Virus record (IMG/VR): IMGVR_UViG_3300017655_000001
Coordinates: 1-64,000 of that record
Length of the DNA: 64,000 bases
Origin: a virus
Taxonomy: Duplodnaviria; Caudoviricetes
Strand: one strand, 5' to 3'
Of the stretch, positions 61,896 through 64,000 are shown one piece after another; position 1 is the first letter of the stretch, and each line of letters starts with the position of its first letter. Below the pieces are notes generated by a model that saw nothing but the letters and a program-made list of their open reading frames with translations, searched no databases and had not been told where the DNA came from. Position numbers and translations under genes: made by a program.

Positions 61896-62177
61896 CTATT
61901 TGTTCTGATTCTTTATGCTTCCAAAGTAAAGATCTAAGCGTGCAATAAGATCACTCTTCATAGCTGAAATAGAGGCATTGATTTCTTCCTTAAACTCTTT
62001 AAGATCGCCTCTATCCACTTTGCTAGTCTGTAGCACAACAACTTTGTTTTCAAGATCCTTAATACGCTCTTGCTGTCCATTGTAAAGCATAGTCATAAAA
62101 CCGATAACAACAGTTAGCAGACCAATTGCAGCACGTTCAGTTAGATTAGCGATCTTCCCGTTAGCATCATTTGACAT
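61896..62177 (-). CDS. Single-TM coiled-coil protein (holin/antiholin-like candidate)
   Basis: True start MSNDANG at 62177 (GGAA RBS); TM AIGLLTVVIGFMTMLY. Confidence 0.6.
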   Translation of the reverse strand: MSNDANGKIANLTERAAIGLLTVVIGFMTMLYNGQQERIKDLENKVVVLQTSKVDRGDLKEFKEEINASISAMKSDLIARLDLYFGSIKNQNK

Positions 62178-62454
62178 TGTACAGTTCCTTCTGTTTATCG
62201 CGGTTCTGTCTGATTTTCTCAACCTGTGCTTTATACTTTGCAATACAAGATGTGTTCTTGTTGTAAGCAATAGCAAGTTCAATTAAGCTTTGACCAGCAG
62301 GAACAGCTTTACACGGATGAATTAATAAAGAATCAGGGGGCGAGACATAGGTTATCTGTTGGCTCTGTGTTACAATAGGACTGTTTGAGCAAGCCGACAA
62401 GTTCAGGGCTAAGTAACCCATCATCAGGCAAATAAACGTCTTTTTGAATGACAT
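62167..62454 (-). CDS. o-spanin (Rz1-like lipoprotein)
   Basis: LSAC lipobox, Pro-rich segment (SPPDSLLIHPC), two more Cys; overlaps the i-spanin in another frame. Confidence 0.85.
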   Translation of the reverse strand: MSFKKTFICLMMGYLALNLSACSNSPIVTQSQQITYVSPPDSLLIHPCKAVPAGQSLIELAIAYNKNTSCIAKYKAQVEKIRQNRDKQKELYNVK

Positions 62455-62743
62455 TGTTTTTATCCTTTGGTTTGGATGGGAGTTTGTTCAGTTCTTGTGT
62501 GATGCTTTCAGCTTTATCTGCAATTACATTCTTTTCAGCATCAAGCTCTACTACAGAAGCATCATCTTGTTTACACGAAGAATCTTTAGTTTCTAGGGCT
62601 TTTTTAGATGATTCTAGAGCTTTCTGAGCGCTGGTAAGGGCAACACCAAAGGTAGCCTTTTCCTCGCTTAAATCATATGTTTTATAGCCTAGAAAATAAC
62701 ATAGAAGGACAAGAACAGCTATGATTCCAAGCAAGAATTTCAT
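62333..62743 (-). CDS. i-spanin (Rz-like)
   Basis: N-terminal TM, coiled coil, C-terminal Cys pair. Confidence 0.85.
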   Translation of the reverse strand: MKFLLGIIAVLVLLCYFLGYKTYDLSEEKATFGVALTSAQKALESSKKALETKDSSCKQDDASVVELDAEKNVIADKAESITQELNKLPSKPKDKNNVIQKDVYLPDDGLLSPELVGLLKQSYCNTEPTDNLCLAP

Positions 62744-63021
62744 GGTTTATCTTCCTTCTCTTGTTCTAGCGGCTCTGGTGCAGGATAAGACCATAACTTA
62801 CGCTGTTGAATGAAACGTGCACAAACACCAAGAAGGTTCAAAGAGAACACAATTACAGCGTATGTTGTCCCTGTCATTACAGGCTCCAATAAGCCCATTA
62901 GAGGTAGGATCTGTTCAACAAAGGTAAGTACAATAGCACTAAGATAAAACCAGAAAGAATATGTCTTTAGGACAGTTCGCCAATGAGGTACAACTTTAAC
63001 TTTCTTTACTAAATTTTTCAT
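62740..63021 (-). CDS. Probable holin
   Basis: Two TM segments and a charged C-terminus; lies between endolysin and spanins. Confidence 0.7.
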   Translation of the reverse strand: MKNLVKKVKVVPHWRTVLKTYSFWFYLSAIVLTFVEQILPLMGLLEPVMTGTTYAVIVFSLNLLGVCARFIQQRKLWSYPAPEPLEQEKEDKP

Positions 63022-63577
63022 AGGCTTCTTTCATCTTAATATGATAATTATTCTTTTGGTACGCAGGTCCATTGTAGATCCTACTGAACGTCACCCAGTC
63101 TTTTTCTTGTAAAGCTTTCACAAGTCTTTTATCCGCTTTGATAAACTTAACAAAAGCTTCTAATTGACCTTGCTCAGAGTACATAGTATTTACGAAAGCT
63201 TGAACAGACAGGTAACCGAGGGCTTTCCAGTGGTAGCCCATAATTTGAAACTGTCCCCATGAAGCAGATTCTAAAGCTGTATTACGATCAATTAGTACTG
63301 CTCTTTGAAGCCTTTCGTGCTCACTTAAACCGCCCTTGTAACCGCCAGCTTTTGGGTTTACAATATCTGGGTATTTAACAGCCATGTCAGCAGATTTAAT
63401 TGGCGTGTAGTCACGCAAGCGTTGGAACATAATATGACGTTCAAAAAGAATCTTAGGGACAAGATTTCCTTGAGTGTCTTTGGTCAGTCCAGCGCCGTTT
63501 GACTCAACTGAAGCAATAGCTTTTACAGAAGCCTCTTCTACACCAAGATAACTTGCTGCTTTTTTATAATCAACCAT
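62996..63577 (-). CDS. Endolysin, N-acetylmuramidase (DUF3380-type)
   Basis: KAIASVES, ILFERH, ALESASWGQFQIMG.H, QLEAFVKFI and YNGPAY..N.Y. True start is MVDYK at 63577. Confidence 0.92.
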   Translation of the reverse strand: MVDYKKAASYLGVEEASVKAIASVESNGAGLTKDTQGNLVPKILFERHIMFQRLRDYTPIKSADMAVKYPDIVNPKAGGYKGGLSEHERLQRAVLIDRNTALESASWGQFQIMGYHWKALGYLSVQAFVNTMYSEQGQLEAFVKFIKADKRLVKALQEKDWVTFSRIYNGPAYQKNNYHIKMKEAYEKFSKES

Positions 63578-63618
63578 AATTCCCTCTTTAAATAAAGCAC
63601 ATCCTTGTGCTATTTTTG

Positions 63619-64000
63619 TCATCCGTTATCCGCAAAAGATCGCATCACCCACAAAGCACTGCCGGCGGCCCATTCCAAGGATATCCTATCGAGAGAGCTA
63701 CTGAGCACCCTATCTGACCCGCAGCGGATGTTGCCGGTACCATTTTTTACTGTGATAGTGGCGTTTCCGATTCGAAGGTCGAGAATCTGCCTATCGGAGA
63801 CGCCAGCAGCAATATTAACAAGGTCGTCCGCCACGCCGCCTTCGCCGTTTATTACATGCTGATAGGTTGTTGGTGTGATCGATCCTGAAGAAATAGTTAG
63901 AACTGCACCCGCCTGCGGGGCGGTAAGTTTTGGAACAAAGACACCTTGTGGTGTTGCAGAAAATATTTCTACTCCGGTATGCCAAAGTCTTATAGTGTCT
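63619..64000 (-). CDS. C-terminus of a tail fibre/tailspike-like protein (starts outside the window)
   Basis: The frame is open from the window edge: DTIRLWHTG...LTISSGSITPTTYQHVINGEGGVADDLVNIAAG...TVKNGTGNIRCGSDRVL. The track start at 63834 is an internal Val. Confidence 0.7.
   Translation of the reverse strand, partial: DTIRLWHTGVEIFSATPQGVFVPKLTAPQAGAVLTISSGSITPTTYQHVINGEGGVADDLVNIAAGVSDRQILDLRIGNATITVKNGTGNIRCGSDRVLSSSLDRISLEWAAGSALWVMRSFADNG

Noticed and set aside
1-64000. Integrase, repressor, rRNA, IS elements or alternative genetic code
   Set aside because: None seen. Core genes read through in code 11 without internal stops, apart from the terL intron.

Overview
Part of a lytic tailed-phage genome (roughly 38-40% GC by eye). 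Gene content and order resemble PAK_P1/Vandenendeviridae-type Pseudomonas myophages; the host is an inference. From left to right: (1) minus-strand packaging genes (portal start, terL), with terL split by an ORF-less group I intron and preceded by a free-standing homing endonuclease; (2) a small, degenerate tRNA cluster at 4.5-7.8 kb with two HNH genes, several structured non-coding elements, a terS candidate and a degenerate TerL-ATPase paralogue; (3) a plus-strand accessory block at 10.5-28.2 kb (HD/SpoT-type hydrolase, PhoH, ClpP, adenine MTase, dCMP deaminase, many small ORFs); (4) a minus-strand early-type block at 28.5-40.5 kb with many sigma70 promoters, a two-frame C5 MTase and a CX5R phosphatase; (5) a replication and nucleotide-metabolism block at 43-60 kb (primase-helicase, PolA, SSB, exonucleases, ThyX, NrdAB); (6) a minus-strand lysis cassette and the end of a GC-rich tail gene. 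The strongest leads are: a covarying three-way-junction RNA found twice between a tRNA-like element and an HNH gene; an array of hairpins with (anti-)Shine-Dalgarno loops; two PolA-palm-like paralogues that share a conserved upstream non-coding element; the intron plus free-standing endonuclease pair; and the nested two-frame methyltransferase. All calls come from motif recognition by eye; no database searches were run.
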